Origin: Candidatus Hydrothermarchaeota archaeon
GTDB taxonomy: Archaea; CAYFZR01
Assembly (NCBI GenBank): GCA_046760505.1
Contig: JBHIEG010000022.1
Location: 1-34,489 of the forward strand
DNA: 34,489 bases
Direction of reading: 5' to 3'
In this document: positions 8,106 through 17,660 of the stretch, piece by piece
Layout: every line of letters begins with the position of its first letter
How positions within the stretch are numbered: position 1 is the stretch's first letter
Notes under the pieces: generated by a model
Told to the model about the DNA's origin: nothing
What the model saw: the letters and a program-made list of their open reading frames with translations, nothing else
Databases searched by the model: none
Position numbers and translations under genes: made by a program

Positions 8106-10327
8106 CAATATCAATTTCATCTTTTTCTCTGCTTCAAAAATTTCCAATTGGTTACGATAGTTACTATCATATGAGAATAGCCAATGAAGTTTCAAACGGA
8201 AGTTTAATACAATACGATTATAGGAGTGCTGCTCCCCATGGAAGGCCACATTTGTATCCTCCAGCATTTCATATTCTATCTGCTGATTTGTTATTGCTTT
8301 CTGAATTAGATATAATTAACATATTCAGGATATTGCCAATGGCATTCCTTATTTTATCGTCTTTATCTTTTTGGATATTTGTAAAAAATATGTATAATGA
8401 AAAGATAGCCTCATATGCAACCGTATTATTTTTACTTTCTCCTACCTATGTTATAAGAGGATTAACGCCTACCCCAGAGAGTTTGGGAATAGCATTGATT
8501 CCATTGATTCTTTTTTTATCGCTGAGAAATTCTTTCATTTTGACTACTCTTTTTTTAGGATTTCTGGGAATTTTAAGTTCTTTTTCATTTATTGTAGGAG
8601 TAATATGCGTTCTAATATTTTCTAGAAGGAGGTTGCTTATTATAATCGGTTCGCTTTTGTTATCCTCCCCTTTCTGGTATACCTTACTCCATTACTATTT
8701 GAATGGATATGAAATACACCCATTCTTATCTTACACAAATTTAATATACTACCCAAAAAGGCTTGGATATGTTCAGACATTTTTGTCGCTCTTAAGCCTT
8801 TCATTTGATCCTTTAACCCTTTTCGCTTCTATAATCTTTATTCTATCTCAAAGCCATCACTTTTTCACGATTACATCAGATAGATTCGTTACTTTTCTAG
8901 CCATACCTCTAGGCGTGCTCGCTGGTAGAAAGATTGCAGGGATTAAAGATAGGATTGAGATAAAAAATGAAAGAATCTACATCAGAAAAGAAATCGTCAT
9001 GCTTCTTCTATTAACAATCGTTCTGGCGCAAGCCTTATTCTTCTTAAGTGAGACGAAAGCTTCGCTCTCTAACCATGAACTGAATTCATACGAATTCCTC
9101 TCTACCTTACCAAAAAATTCGATAGTTTTATCTGAATGGCAGGTTGCACCAAAGATATTATTTTTCTCTCATGTAAGAAGCGTAAAGGGAGCTTTTGGAT
9201 ACAGTATAGCAGACTTGGAAGAAAGAAACAGAGATGTCAAACAAATGTTAAAGGGAAACAAAAGTCTCCTGAAAAAATATCGGATAAATGACATATACAT
9301 CTCAAATAAAGAAAGAAAAGAGGGATTCAATGAAGAATTTTTCAAATCTAGCGTTTCAAAGGTATACGATGGCATAGATATCTCTATATACGAATACTTT
9401 CCGGTTAAGGTAAAGGTATGGAGCTGGCCCAATGCGAAAAAAGGCGCATTTACCATATTTTGTGATGACGTATCCCCTCATTACAGTTTTGATTGTCTGA
9501 ATAAATTCTTATCCACGGTAAACGAAAAGGGAGGAAAAGTCGATTTATTCGTAATACCAAACCACATGGGTAAATATAAGATTACAGAAGCAAGTTCAGA
9601 ATGGAAAGAATACGTAAAGAGAGCTTCAATTAAAAATGAACTGGGATTGCACGGATTTTACCATAACGAGAGAAAATGCGACTGTTACTGGGAAAAAGAT
9701 TATGAAGAACAGAAGAAGAATATAATGGAAGGAATAAAATTGTTTAACATGGCTTTTGACAAAAAACCAAGAGGATTTCGGCCGCCGGGATGGAAGTACA
9801 ATGAGGATACCATATCCGTTCTGAGAGATCTAAACTTTACGTATTCCGCTTCTACTTGGTATTATGGAAAGAATATGAGTTTTACTGATAAAATATTTCC
9901 ATACTGGCGCGAAAATATTCTAGAAATTCCTTCAACAACAGGAGATTACTTATGGGAATTTAAAATGGATGAAAAAAATGCATTAGAGAGATTTGAAGAA
10001 GTATACGCTAAGAACGGATTGTACAGTATGCAGGTTCACCTTCAGTATTCCTGCAACGAAGAAGGTTTACGCCTAATTTCTAGCATCTTGGAAAAGGCAA
10101 AAAAGAGGGATATGTGGATTACCTTGCCAAAGGAAATCGCTGAATTTTATATTCTGAGGAAAAATGTACACATAGATTATAGCATGGTTGGAGATATATT
10201 AACAATCGATATTGAGAACGGCAACGATATCGATGTCAAGGGATTAACTTTAATGATAGGTAACGAGACAGTAGTATTGGATCTAAAGCCAAAGGAAATA
10301 AAAAAATACAGGTTAAAACTCGGATAG
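8039..10327 (+). CDS. GT-C (STT3-like) membrane glycosyltransferase fused to a C-terminal CE4/NodB polysaccharide deacetylase
   Basis: N-half FPIGYDSYYH, APHGRPHLYPP, PESLG plus TMs. C-half TIFCDD, LHGFYH, GFRPPGW, QVH. Start TTG 8039 or ATG 8045 after AGGTGG, overlapping the previous gene by about 60 nt. Confidence 0.75.
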   Translation: MYMDDSNSLFSFRNSILLIVILTISISSFSLLQKFPIGYDSYYHMRIANEVSNGSLIQYDYRSAAPHGRPHLYPPAFHILSADLLLLSELDIINIFRILPMAFLILSSLSFWIFVKNMYNEKIASYATVLFLLSPTYVIRGLTPTPESLGIALIPLILFLSLRNSFILTTLFLGFLGILSSFSFIVGVICVLIFSRRRLLIIIGSLLLSSPFWYTLLHYYLNGYEIHPFLSYTNLIYYPKRLGYVQTFLSLLSLSFDPLTLFASIIFILSQSHHFFTITSDRFVTFLAIPLGVLAGRKIAGIKDRIEIKNERIYIRKEIVMLLLLTIVLAQALFFLSETKASLSNHELNSYEFLSTLPKNSIVLSEWQVAPKILFFSHVRSVKGAFGYSIADLEERNRDVKQMLKGNKSLLKKYRINDIYISNKERKEGFNEEFFKSSVSKVYDGIDISIYEYFPVKVKVWSWPNAKKGAFTIFCDDVSPHYSFDCLNKFLSTVNEKGGKVDLFVIPNHMGKYKITEASSEWKEYVKRASIKNELGLHGFYHNERKCDCYWEKDYEEQKKNIMEGIKLFNMAFDKKPRGFRPPGWKYNEDTISVLRDLNFTYSASTWYYGKNMSFTDKIFPYWRENILEIPSTTGDYLWEFKMDEKNALERFEEVYAKNGLYSMQVHLQYSCNEEGLRLISSILEKAKKRDMWITLPKEIAEFYILRKNVHIDYSMVGDILTIDIENGNDIDVKGLTLMIGNETVVLDLKPKEIKKYRLKLG

Positions 10328-11587
10328 AGAACTTTGTTTCTTTCTTGACTTTCTTTTCTTCCCCTTAGTTCCATCTGTCTGATAATCACCAATAAGGAAG
10401 TTAACTTCTTCTTCGTCGAATTCGAAGAATCTTATTAAATCTTCGGGATTTTTATTGTTTTTTAGAATGGTTTTAAGGAAAGGTATCTCCATTGAAGCGA
10501 GTTTTGAAGACTTATGGGTCTTTGCTCCTATCTTTGTGGCTATTCTCTTCGTCATCTCCCTTTCTTTTTTTGTTCTCGAGAGACTATAGAATATACTTGG
10601 ACGTTTATACCGGGTGAATTTTTTGTACGGAGAATTCTTTGCTGAAGAAACTCCACAAGAAATAAGATCGCTTACATAACCGAGAAAACCCCAGTATTGT
10701 CTCCTAATTATCCTTCCCATGAACACGTCTCCCCTCGATATGTATTCATAGGCATCTCTTATTTCCTCTGAATTTTCGTATTCTTCTGGTATATTGCTGG
10801 CTATCCATTCAATCAACAATTTAGGATCCTCGCTAGAATCCAAAATTGCTTTTCTAGCGGTATCAATTCTCCTAGATTTAAATATCTTGCTTAATGTATT
10901 GAATACGGATTCTTCCCTGTCCCTGGAGCTTAATGTTTCAAGGTCTTCCTGAGTGATCTTTTTTCTACCCTGAGAAATGGACTGAAGGTCATTTATTGCA
11001 GACCGCAAATCACCTTCGTTCATCTTGGCAATTATTTCGAGAATCTTCTTTTCAAATTCAATTCCCTGATCTTTGCATATCTTTTCCAGAATTTTTACTA
11101 TGGTAGAAGAATGAATCTTCTTAAACTCTACGGATTTGCAATAGCTTTTTAAAGTTCTAAGCTGGGTTGCATAAGGATCGTTTGCTATCAGTATTATTGG
11201 ATTTCTTGTATCTTTTATGATTTCAATGATTCCTTTTACTCCTCCTCTGTCCTCTCTTCCTGTGATGCCATCGATCTCATCGAGCAAGATTAGCCTTTTC
11301 TCTCCCCTGTTTAATGTAGATGTTTGAGATGCTGGACCGACTATCTCCTTTATAATCTTATATGATCTCTGATCAGATGCATTCAGTTCAATAAAATCGT
11401 AGCCCAAATCGTTTGCAATAGCTCTTGCAAGAGATGTTTTTCCTGTTCCAGGAGGTCCGTATAACAATAAAGCCTTGTATTTGCCTTTTTTCCATGAATC
11501 TATCCATTCTTCTACTTCCTTTATAGCCTTTGGGTTTCCAAGAACCTCTTTTACACTTTTTGGCCTGTAATCTTCAGTCCAGAGCAT
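10313..11587 (-). CDS. rfcL: Replication factor C large subunit
   Basis: MLWTEDYRP, GPPGTGKT, ELNASD, LLDEID, GDLRSAIND, C-terminal PIP box QSSLSEF. ATG 11587. Confidence 0.96.
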   Translation of the reverse strand: MLWTEDYRPKSVKEVLGNPKAIKEVEEWIDSWKKGKYKALLLYGPPGTGKTSLARAIANDLGYDFIELNASDQRSYKIIKEIVGPASQTSTLNRGEKRLILLDEIDGITGREDRGGVKGIIEIIKDTRNPIILIANDPYATQLRTLKSYCKSVEFKKIHSSTIVKILEKICKDQGIEFEKKILEIIAKMNEGDLRSAINDLQSISQGRKKITQEDLETLSSRDREESVFNTLSKIFKSRRIDTARKAILDSSEDPKLLIEWIASNIPEEYENSEEIRDAYEYISRGDVFMGRIIRRQYWGFLGYVSDLISCGVSSAKNSPYKKFTRYKRPSIFYSLSRTKKEREMTKRIATKIGAKTHKSSKLASMEIPFLKTILKNNKNPEDLIRFFEFDEEEVNFLIGDYQTDGTKGKKRKSRKKQSSLSEF

Positions 11588-12986
11588 GATCAATCACGAA
11601 TTCACAGTAGTCGTTACCCATTGATACGCACTTCGTTTCTTTAAAGCCTGAGCACCTTATTCCTAGTGTTTCAAAGTAGGCTGTCAGGTAGTGACCGATC
11701 CAGAAGCAATAAGGAGTGCCCAAGTTTATTCTTTTCTTAAATCCTGCATCCAGATAACACTCATGAACACGATATTTAGCGTATTCTTTAGAAATATCAA
11801 CTATTTCAAACCTTCCAAGACCAAGTCTTTCCATTATATAGATTAAATCATTTGCAGCTTTTTTTATGTCCTTTGCGCCAGAAAATTTTCCCGAAGCAAT
11901 TCCAATTGTTCTTGCAGAAGATTTCAATGTCTTCCCTGCTCCAACCCCCTTGAATTCCATTATTAATGCAAGTCCAAGCGCATGTATTAGATGCATCATT
12001 GCCATATCTCCCATTTCTCTGATTTCTTTACCTTCTAGGAAAGAGGTTAGATCTCTGATTAGAATTTCCTCTATTTTCTTGGATACGTCTTCCCAGTCAA
12101 CCTCAACTCTAGTCCTTTCTTTTCTTTCGCGAGTATAGATAACGAACTCATCATAAGGATCGCCCATGGCCTCGCATTTTACCTCTGAAAAGCCAGATAC
12201 ATCGATTTTTGCACTCTTTAGAGCTGAAAGAAGGTATTCACCTATCCAAGTGCAGTAGGGAAAGTCCAAAACCAAATTAGAGTACAAACCCGTACTCAGA
12301 TAGGAATCATATACTCTATAAACTATCTTTTCATCTGAATACTCTATCAACTCAAGGCGGCATATTCCCAGTCTTTCGGATATATCTGATAGTTCTTTGG
12401 ATATGCCCTCCAGATCATCTGCGCTAACACTTTCTCCTGCTGCACCTCCAATTATGTGAGAAGATATCTTCAGGATGTCCCCCACATTCTTTCCCTTGTA
12501 ATCATGGATCAGGGATATACCCAACGTATGGATGAAGTGCATCGATGTTTTGTCTCCCATTTCCCTTATCTTTTCTCCCTTTATGTACCTCTTAATCTGA
12601 TTTTTTATGATGCTGAGTAGTTTATGGGAAAAGATATACCAGTCCACCACATATGGCTTAGATATGGGTATCAGATTTTCATCAATGTCGAGTAATGAAT
12701 TTTGTTTCTCAGAATACACTTTTTTGAGTACTTCAAGCAATTCATCGTCGGATTGTATGCCTATTATCACCTCTTGCCCTATATATGTGGTTGGGGCTTT
12801 CCTTACGCCATATTTTTCTGCTACCCATGGATTTTCTACCGCGTCTACTGAATAGAGTTCTAATGGGATATTTGCATCTTCTGCAACTCCTATCAATAAG
12901 GTTGCCAGAAATTCGCAGTAAACGCATGTCGGAGTGGTAAACATTATCGATTTTACCGTATACATGTCGTTCTTTTCCATTACCAT
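11574..12986 (-). CDS. Thioredoxin-like domain fused to two V4R domains
   Basis: FTTPTCVYC...YGVRKAPT (Trx fold). Two internal repeats beginning IREMGD and ending EVKCEAMGDPYDEF / ETKCVSMGNDYCEF (V4R). Confidence 0.8.
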   Translation of the reverse strand: MVMEKNDMYTVKSIMFTTPTCVYCEFLATLLIGVAEDANIPLELYSVDAVENPWVAEKYGVRKAPTTYIGQEVIIGIQSDDELLEVLKKVYSEKQNSLLDIDENLIPISKPYVVDWYIFSHKLLSIIKNQIKRYIKGEKIREMGDKTSMHFIHTLGISLIHDYKGKNVGDILKISSHIIGGAAGESVSADDLEGISKELSDISERLGICRLELIEYSDEKIVYRVYDSYLSTGLYSNLVLDFPYCTWIGEYLLSALKSAKIDVSGFSEVKCEAMGDPYDEFVIYTRERKERTRVEVDWEDVSKKIEEILIRDLTSFLEGKEIREMGDMAMMHLIHALGLALIMEFKGVGAGKTLKSSARTIGIASGKFSGAKDIKKAANDLIYIMERLGLGRFEIVDISKEYAKYRVHECYLDAGFKKRINLGTPYCFWIGHYLTAYFETLGIRCSGFKETKCVSMGNDYCEFVIDHALD

Positions 12987-13023
12987 TCACTATCTCTCAT
13001 TCTGTGAGTTTATGTAGTTATAA

Positions 13024-13112
13024 TGGCGCCGGAGAAGGGATTTGAACCCTTGAGTTTCTTTCGAAACACTGGATCTCGAGTCCAGCGCCTTCCCGGGCTA
13101 GGCTACTCCGGC
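13024..13112 (-). tRNA. tRNA-Ser(CGA), CCA encoded
   Basis: Reverse complement GCCGGAG...CTGGA-CT-CGA-GA-TCCAG, long variable arm GTTTCGAAAGAAAC, GGGTTCAAATCCC, CTCCGGC-G-CCA. Confidence 0.97.
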
Positions 13113-13137
13113 TTAAATTAGATTTTAAATAACCCCC

Positions 13138-13161
13138 TAATATTAAACACACTATATATAT
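13138..13161. promoter_or_regulatory. Divergent TATA-like boxes for tRNA-Ser (-) and iscS (+)
   Basis: TTTAATATTA on the minus strand about 26-35 nt upstream of the tRNA; TATATATA near 13153-13160 upstream of SD GGTGAGG and ATG 13193. Confidence 0.45.
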
Positions 13162-13192
13162 CAACCTTATCATAAATTAATTTGGTGAGGTT

Positions 13193-14359
13193 ATGAGAAG
13201 GATTTATATGGATCATGCAGGAACTACGCCTATTCATCCAGAGGTACTCCAAGAAATGCTCCCTTACCTTAGAGAAAGATTTGGCAACGCATCTACCCTA
13301 TATTCCATTGGAAGGGAGGCAAGAGAGGCCTTAGAAACCTCTAGAGAAAGAATTTCAAATTTAATTAACGCAGAGAGAGAAGAAATATACTTCACAAGCG
13401 GAGGCACAGAATCAGATAACTGGGCGATAAAGGGCGTAGCACTTGCAAGCAAAAACAAGGGTCACATCATCACATCATCCATTGAACATCATGCAGTCAT
13501 AGATCCATGCAAGTATCTTGAAAAATTGGGCTTCGATGTAACTTTCTTGGAAGTTGATAAATATGGACTGGTAGATCCAAACAAACTGGAGGATGCAATA
13601 AGGAAAGATACAATTTTGGTTTCTATTATGCATGCCAATAACGAAATAGGAACCATTGAACCAATAGAAGAACTCGCAAGGATAGCAAGAGATCATGGCA
13701 TATTGTTCCATACTGATGCTGTCCAGACGGTAGGGAAGATAGAAGTCGATGTAAAGAAGCTGGACGTAGATATGCTCTCAATATCTTCCCACAAAATATA
13801 TGGTCCAAAGGGAGTTGGCGCTCTCTATATAAGAAAAGGTACAAAGATAGATCCCTACATGCATGGAGGAGGACAAGAAAGGGGAATGCGATCCGGAACT
13901 GAAAATATAGCAGGAGTAGTGGGTTTGGGAAAGGCATGTGAAGTAGCAAAGAAGAACTTAAAAAAAGAGGAGGAAAGACTTACCAACCTTAGAGACAACC
14001 TGATAAAGGGAATATTTGATAGAATAGACGACGTAATTCTGAACGGGCATCCCGAGAGGCGATTACCGAACAACGTTAATGTAAGCATTGAGTACATAGA
14101 GGGTGAATCTTTAATTTTAAGATTGGACGAAGAAGGTATTTGTGCTTCTACAGGCTCTGCATGCTCCTCTAGATCCTTGGAGCCAAGTCATGTCCTTCTC
14201 GCCATAGGCCTAACACCGGTTCAGGCCCATGGTTCCTTGAGGCTTACGCTAGGTAAAGATAACACGGAAGAGGACATAGATTACGTTTTAGAAAAACTTC
14301 CAAGTATAGTAGCAGAATTAAGAGAGATATCCCCTCTTTATGCAAAAAGAAAAGCTTAA
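13193..14359 (+). CDS. iscS: Cysteine desulfurase, group I (IscS/NifS)
   Basis: YMDHAGTT, FTSGGTES, HTDAVQ, SSHKIYGPKG (PLP Lys), STGSACSS (catalytic Cys). Confidence 0.96.
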   Translation: MRRIYMDHAGTTPIHPEVLQEMLPYLRERFGNASTLYSIGREAREALETSRERISNLINAEREEIYFTSGGTESDNWAIKGVALASKNKGHIITSSIEHHAVIDPCKYLEKLGFDVTFLEVDKYGLVDPNKLEDAIRKDTILVSIMHANNEIGTIEPIEELARIARDHGILFHTDAVQTVGKIEVDVKKLDVDMLSISSHKIYGPKGVGALYIRKGTKIDPYMHGGGQERGMRSGTENIAGVVGLGKACEVAKKNLKKEEERLTNLRDNLIKGIFDRIDDVILNGHPERRLPNNVNVSIEYIEGESLILRLDEEGICASTGSACSSRSLEPSHVLLAIGLTPVQAHGSLRLTLGKDNTEEDIDYVLEKLPSIVAELREISPLYAKRKA

Positions 14360-14360
14360 T

Positions 14361-14756
14361 TCAGTCCCCAATTACCTTAACCACAACCTTCCTTGCCCTG
14401 GGACCATCCAATTCTACGAGAAAGATCTTCTGCCATGTTCCCAGCAATAGCTCACCATTTTCCACGGGTATAACTTGGCTCTGACCGATTAAAGAAGCAA
14501 GGAGATGAGAGTGTGCATTTCTATCGATTATATCGTGCCTATATCCGGCTCCTTTTGGAACCAGTTTTAAAAACATTTCCATGAAATCATGGATCAGTCC
14601 GGGCTCGTTTTCATTTAGCAATACTCCTGTTGTGGTATGTTTGGTGAATATCAAGGCGAGTCCATTTTTTACATTGCTTTCTTTAACCATGCTCTTTACC
14701 TGAGCAGTTATATCAATCAACTCGAAATCTTTACCTGTCTTTACCTCAAATTTCAT
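14361..14756 (-). CDS. yjbQ: YjbQ/UPF0047 family protein (secondary thiamine-phosphate synthase activity)
   Basis: HTT...NENEPGL, YRHD, NAHSHL, LGTWQ...ELDGPR. ATG 14756 after GGGGTGA. Confidence 0.93.
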   Translation of the reverse strand: MKFEVKTGKDFELIDITAQVKSMVKESNVKNGLALIFTKHTTTGVLLNENEPGLIHDFMEMFLKLVPKGAGYRHDIIDRNAHSHLLASLIGQSQVIPVENGELLLGTWQKIFLVELDGPRARKVVVKVIGD

Positions 14757-14810
14757 TACATCACCCCTAAAATTTAATATCATAAATGAATCTAACTTGG
14801 TGGGATATCC

Positions 14811-16685
14811 ATGAAGATGTTACTTGTCCATTCAGATTATATAAGTTACGAGGCTAGGGAAAAGACAAAGGTTGCTGAAGAAACTGATTCAAAAAAAGGC
14901 TATTTAGAGGATGTCTTAGTTAGTTTTATAGCGGTAGAATCAATTGATGAGAAGGACAGCAAATATGTCATAGAGAATTCCGTCTCAGAAATATCAAAGA
15001 TAGCGAAAGATGTTGGTTCACGAAACATCTGTCTTTATCCATATGCTCATCTCAGTTCAGATCTTGCAAAGCCCACTTTGGCAATAGATATATTAAAGCA
15101 AATGGAGTTTAGGCTCAGAGATCTCGATTACAATGTATTAAGGGCTCCCTTTGGCTGGTACAAATCTTTTGAATTAAAGTGTAAAGGACATCCTCTCTCA
15201 GAGCTTTCAAGGAGCATAACCCCTTTAGAGCAAAAAGAAGTTGTATCAAAGGCACTTATTGATGAAGAGAAGGCAATTTCTCACTGGTACATCTTAGATC
15301 AGGATGGAAAATTGATAGAAATATCAGATTTTGACTTTGAAGGATACAAAAATCTAGAAAAATTTGCAAACCATGAGATAGCGAAAAGCAGGATCGTGGA
15401 TAAGATCCCTCCTCATGTGGAGTTAATGAGAAGATTAGAAATAGCAGACTACGAAGCAGGCTCTGATCCTGGGAATATGAGGTACTATCCTAAGGGAAGG
15501 TTGATAAAATCTTTGCTCGAAAGATACGTTTTAAACAAAGGAATAGAATACGGAGCCATGGAAGTGGAGACTCCTATAATGTATAACATGGATCACCCTA
15601 CCCTGAGAAAATACCTTGATAGGTTTCCTGCAAGGCAGTATTCAATAGAATCAGAAAAGAGGAATCTATTCCTAAGGTTTTCTGCCTGTTTTGGACAGTT
15701 TTTGATGAACCATGATATGACAATATCGTATAAAGATTTACCTCTTAAGATGATAGAAATGACAAGATATAGCTTTAGAAGAGAGCAGAGAGGGGAATTG
15801 GTTGGATTGAAGAGATTGAGATCATTTACCATGCCAGATATGCATACTCTCTGCGCCAATATGGACCAAGCCATGAAAGAGTTCAAGAATCAATACAAAT
15901 TATGCATAGATGTATTGAGAGAAATTGGATTAAGTATAGATGATTATGAAGTTGCAATTAGATTTACAAATGATTTTTATGAAAAAAACAAGGAGTTCGT
16001 CAATGAACTAGTAGATATAGTCGGGAAACCTGTTTTAATAGAGATGTGGGATAAAAGATACTTCTATTTCGTTCTTAAATTTGAGTTTAACTTTATAGAT
16101 GCTTTAGACAAGGCAAGCGCTTTATCCACGGTTCAAATAGATGTTGAAAATGGCGAGAGGTATGGTATTAGTTTTGTAGACGTTGATGGGGAAAAGAAAT
16201 TCCCCATAATACTTCATTGCTCTCCAAGCGGTGCGATAGAAAGATGTATCTACGCTTTACTGGAAAAAGCCCACCTTAAAATGGAGGAAGGCTATTTACC
16301 AACTCTACCGCTGTGGTTGTCTCCAATTCAGGTTAGAGTTATACCGGTATCAAATGCCCATCTAAGATATGCAGAAGAAGTTCACGGTGCTCTTAAAAAA
16401 TCAAAGATAAGGACAGATTTAGATGATAGAGACGAAACACTGGGAAAAAAGATTAGAGATGCAGGAAGGGAATGGATTAACTACATTGTAGTAGTGGGAG
16501 ATAAAGAGGTAAGAGAAGGCACTATTACAGTTACAATAAGGGAAGGATCTAAAGTAGATGAGACTAAAAGGAAGGAAATGAAATTAGAAGATTTGATAAA
16601 TGAGATAAAAGAGCAGTGCAAGGATATGGTTTTCATGCCTCTCTCTTTGCCTGATAGAGTATCGGTAAGACCCAAATTCAGATAG
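14811..16685 (+). CDS. thrS: Threonine--tRNA ligase, archaeal type
   Basis: Archaeal editing domain [22 protein letters not shown]; catalytic [23 protein letters not shown]; anticodon-binding C-terminus. Confidence 0.98.
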   Translation: MKMLLVHSDYISYEAREKTKVAEETDSKKGYLEDVLVSFIAVESIDEKDSKYVIENSVSEISKIAKDVGSRNICLYPYAHLSSDLAKPTLAIDILKQMEFRLRDLDYNVLRAPFGWYKSFELKCKGHPLSELSRSITPLEQKEVVSKALIDEEKAISHWYILDQDGKLIEISDFDFEGYKNLEKFANHEIAKSRIVDKIPPHVELMRRLEIADYEAGSDPGNMRYYPKGRLIKSLLERYVLNKGIEYGAMEVETPIMYNMDHPTLRKYLDRFPARQYSIESEKRNLFLRFSACFGQFLMNHDMTISYKDLPLKMIEMTRYSFRREQRGELVGLKRLRSFTMPDMHTLCANMDQAMKEFKNQYKLCIDVLREIGLSIDDYEVAIRFTNDFYEKNKEFVNELVDIVGKPVLIEMWDKRYFYFVLKFEFNFIDALDKASALSTVQIDVENGERYGISFVDVDGEKKFPIILHCSPSGAIERCIYALLEKAHLKMEEGYLPTLPLWLSPIQVRVIPVSNAHLRYAEEVHGALKKSKIRTDLDDRDETLGKKIRDAGREWINYIVVVGDKEVREGTITVTIREGSKVDETKRKEMKLEDLINEIKEQCKDMVFMPLSLPDRVSVRPKFR

Positions 16686-17660
16686 GTGTCTTTTTTGGAG
16701 GTAAAAAGAAAAATATTGGTAGGCCTTGTTGTTATCATCATTCTGATTGGAACAATTGGATTTAAGCTTTTGGAAGACTTAGGATGGATTGATGCCCTTT
16801 ACTTTACCATATCAACCATAACTTCAGTTGGATACGGTGATATCACTGTTAAGACGAGAGTCGGCGAGTTATTCGCAATCTTTATGATAATTGCAGGCGT
16901 TGGAATATTTTTCTCTACAGTATCCTACATAGTGCTATCTATTATCGAGTCAAAGATTGCATCACTGATTGGAGTGATTGAGGCTAGAAAGTTAAAGAAT
17001 CACGTTATAATATGCGGATACAATCCAATTGCAGATCAGATTACAGAAGAACTTAAAAATTACGGGATCCCCTTTGTCATAGTTGAAAACAGGGAAGATG
17101 CCATAAAAAAACTAAGGGTAAAAAACATTCCATATTTTGAGGCAGATCCCTCGGATGAAACAACTTTGAAGACCTTAAACATCCACTCAGCAAGATCACT
17201 CATAGCAGCAACTGATGATGATGCAACAAACGCATATACGGTAATTACTGCTCGTAGCCTTAAACCAGACCTAAGGATAGTAGCAAGAGCAGATGACGAA
17301 GATATCGTGACAAAACTCTATAGTGCTGGAGCAGACAGAGTAATAATGCCAAAAGCGATTGGATCTAAGTTAATTTCGAGAGCAGCAATCACCCCCTACG
17401 TGGCAGAGTTCATGGATAAAATTACCTTATTCAAAGACGTTGAACTTGTAGAATACCCAATCGAGGAGGGATCACAGTTAATAGGACTAAGTTTAGAGAA
17501 ATCAAGAATCAGAGAAGAGACTGGAGCTTCTGCAATAGGAATCTGGAAGAGAGGTAATTTTATACCAAATCCGGATCCAAAAACAATTCTGGATAAAAAC
17601 GATGTGTTGATACTGATAGGCACAGATAAACAATTCAGGAAATTGAAAAAGATGTTATGA
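16686..17660 (+). CDS. 2-TM potassium channel with RCK (TrkA-N/TrkA-C) domain
   Basis: DALYFTISTITSVGYGDI pore, HVIICGY RCK start, C-terminal TrkA-C. Start may be TTG 16695 (AGGTG at 16684-16688). Confidence 0.93.
   Translation: MSFLEVKRKILVGLVVIIILIGTIGFKLLEDLGWIDALYFTISTITSVGYGDITVKTRVGELFAIFMIIAGVGIFFSTVSYIVLSIIESKIASLIGVIEARKLKNHVIICGYNPIADQITEELKNYGIPFVIVENREDAIKKLRVKNIPYFEADPSDETTLKTLNIHSARSLIAATDDDATNAYTVITARSLKPDLRIVARADDEDIVTKLYSAGADRVIMPKAIGSKLISRAAITPYVAEFMDKITLFKDVELVEYPIEEGSQLIGLSLEKSRIREETGASAIGIWKRGNFIPNPDPKTILDKNDVLILIGTDKQFRKLKKML

Noticed and set aside
16683-16688. thrS TAG followed directly by an in-frame GTG (possible pyrrolysine readthrough fusion)
   Set aside because: ThrS ends at its normal C-terminus, the channel has its own SD and TTG start, and no pyl genes are in the window.
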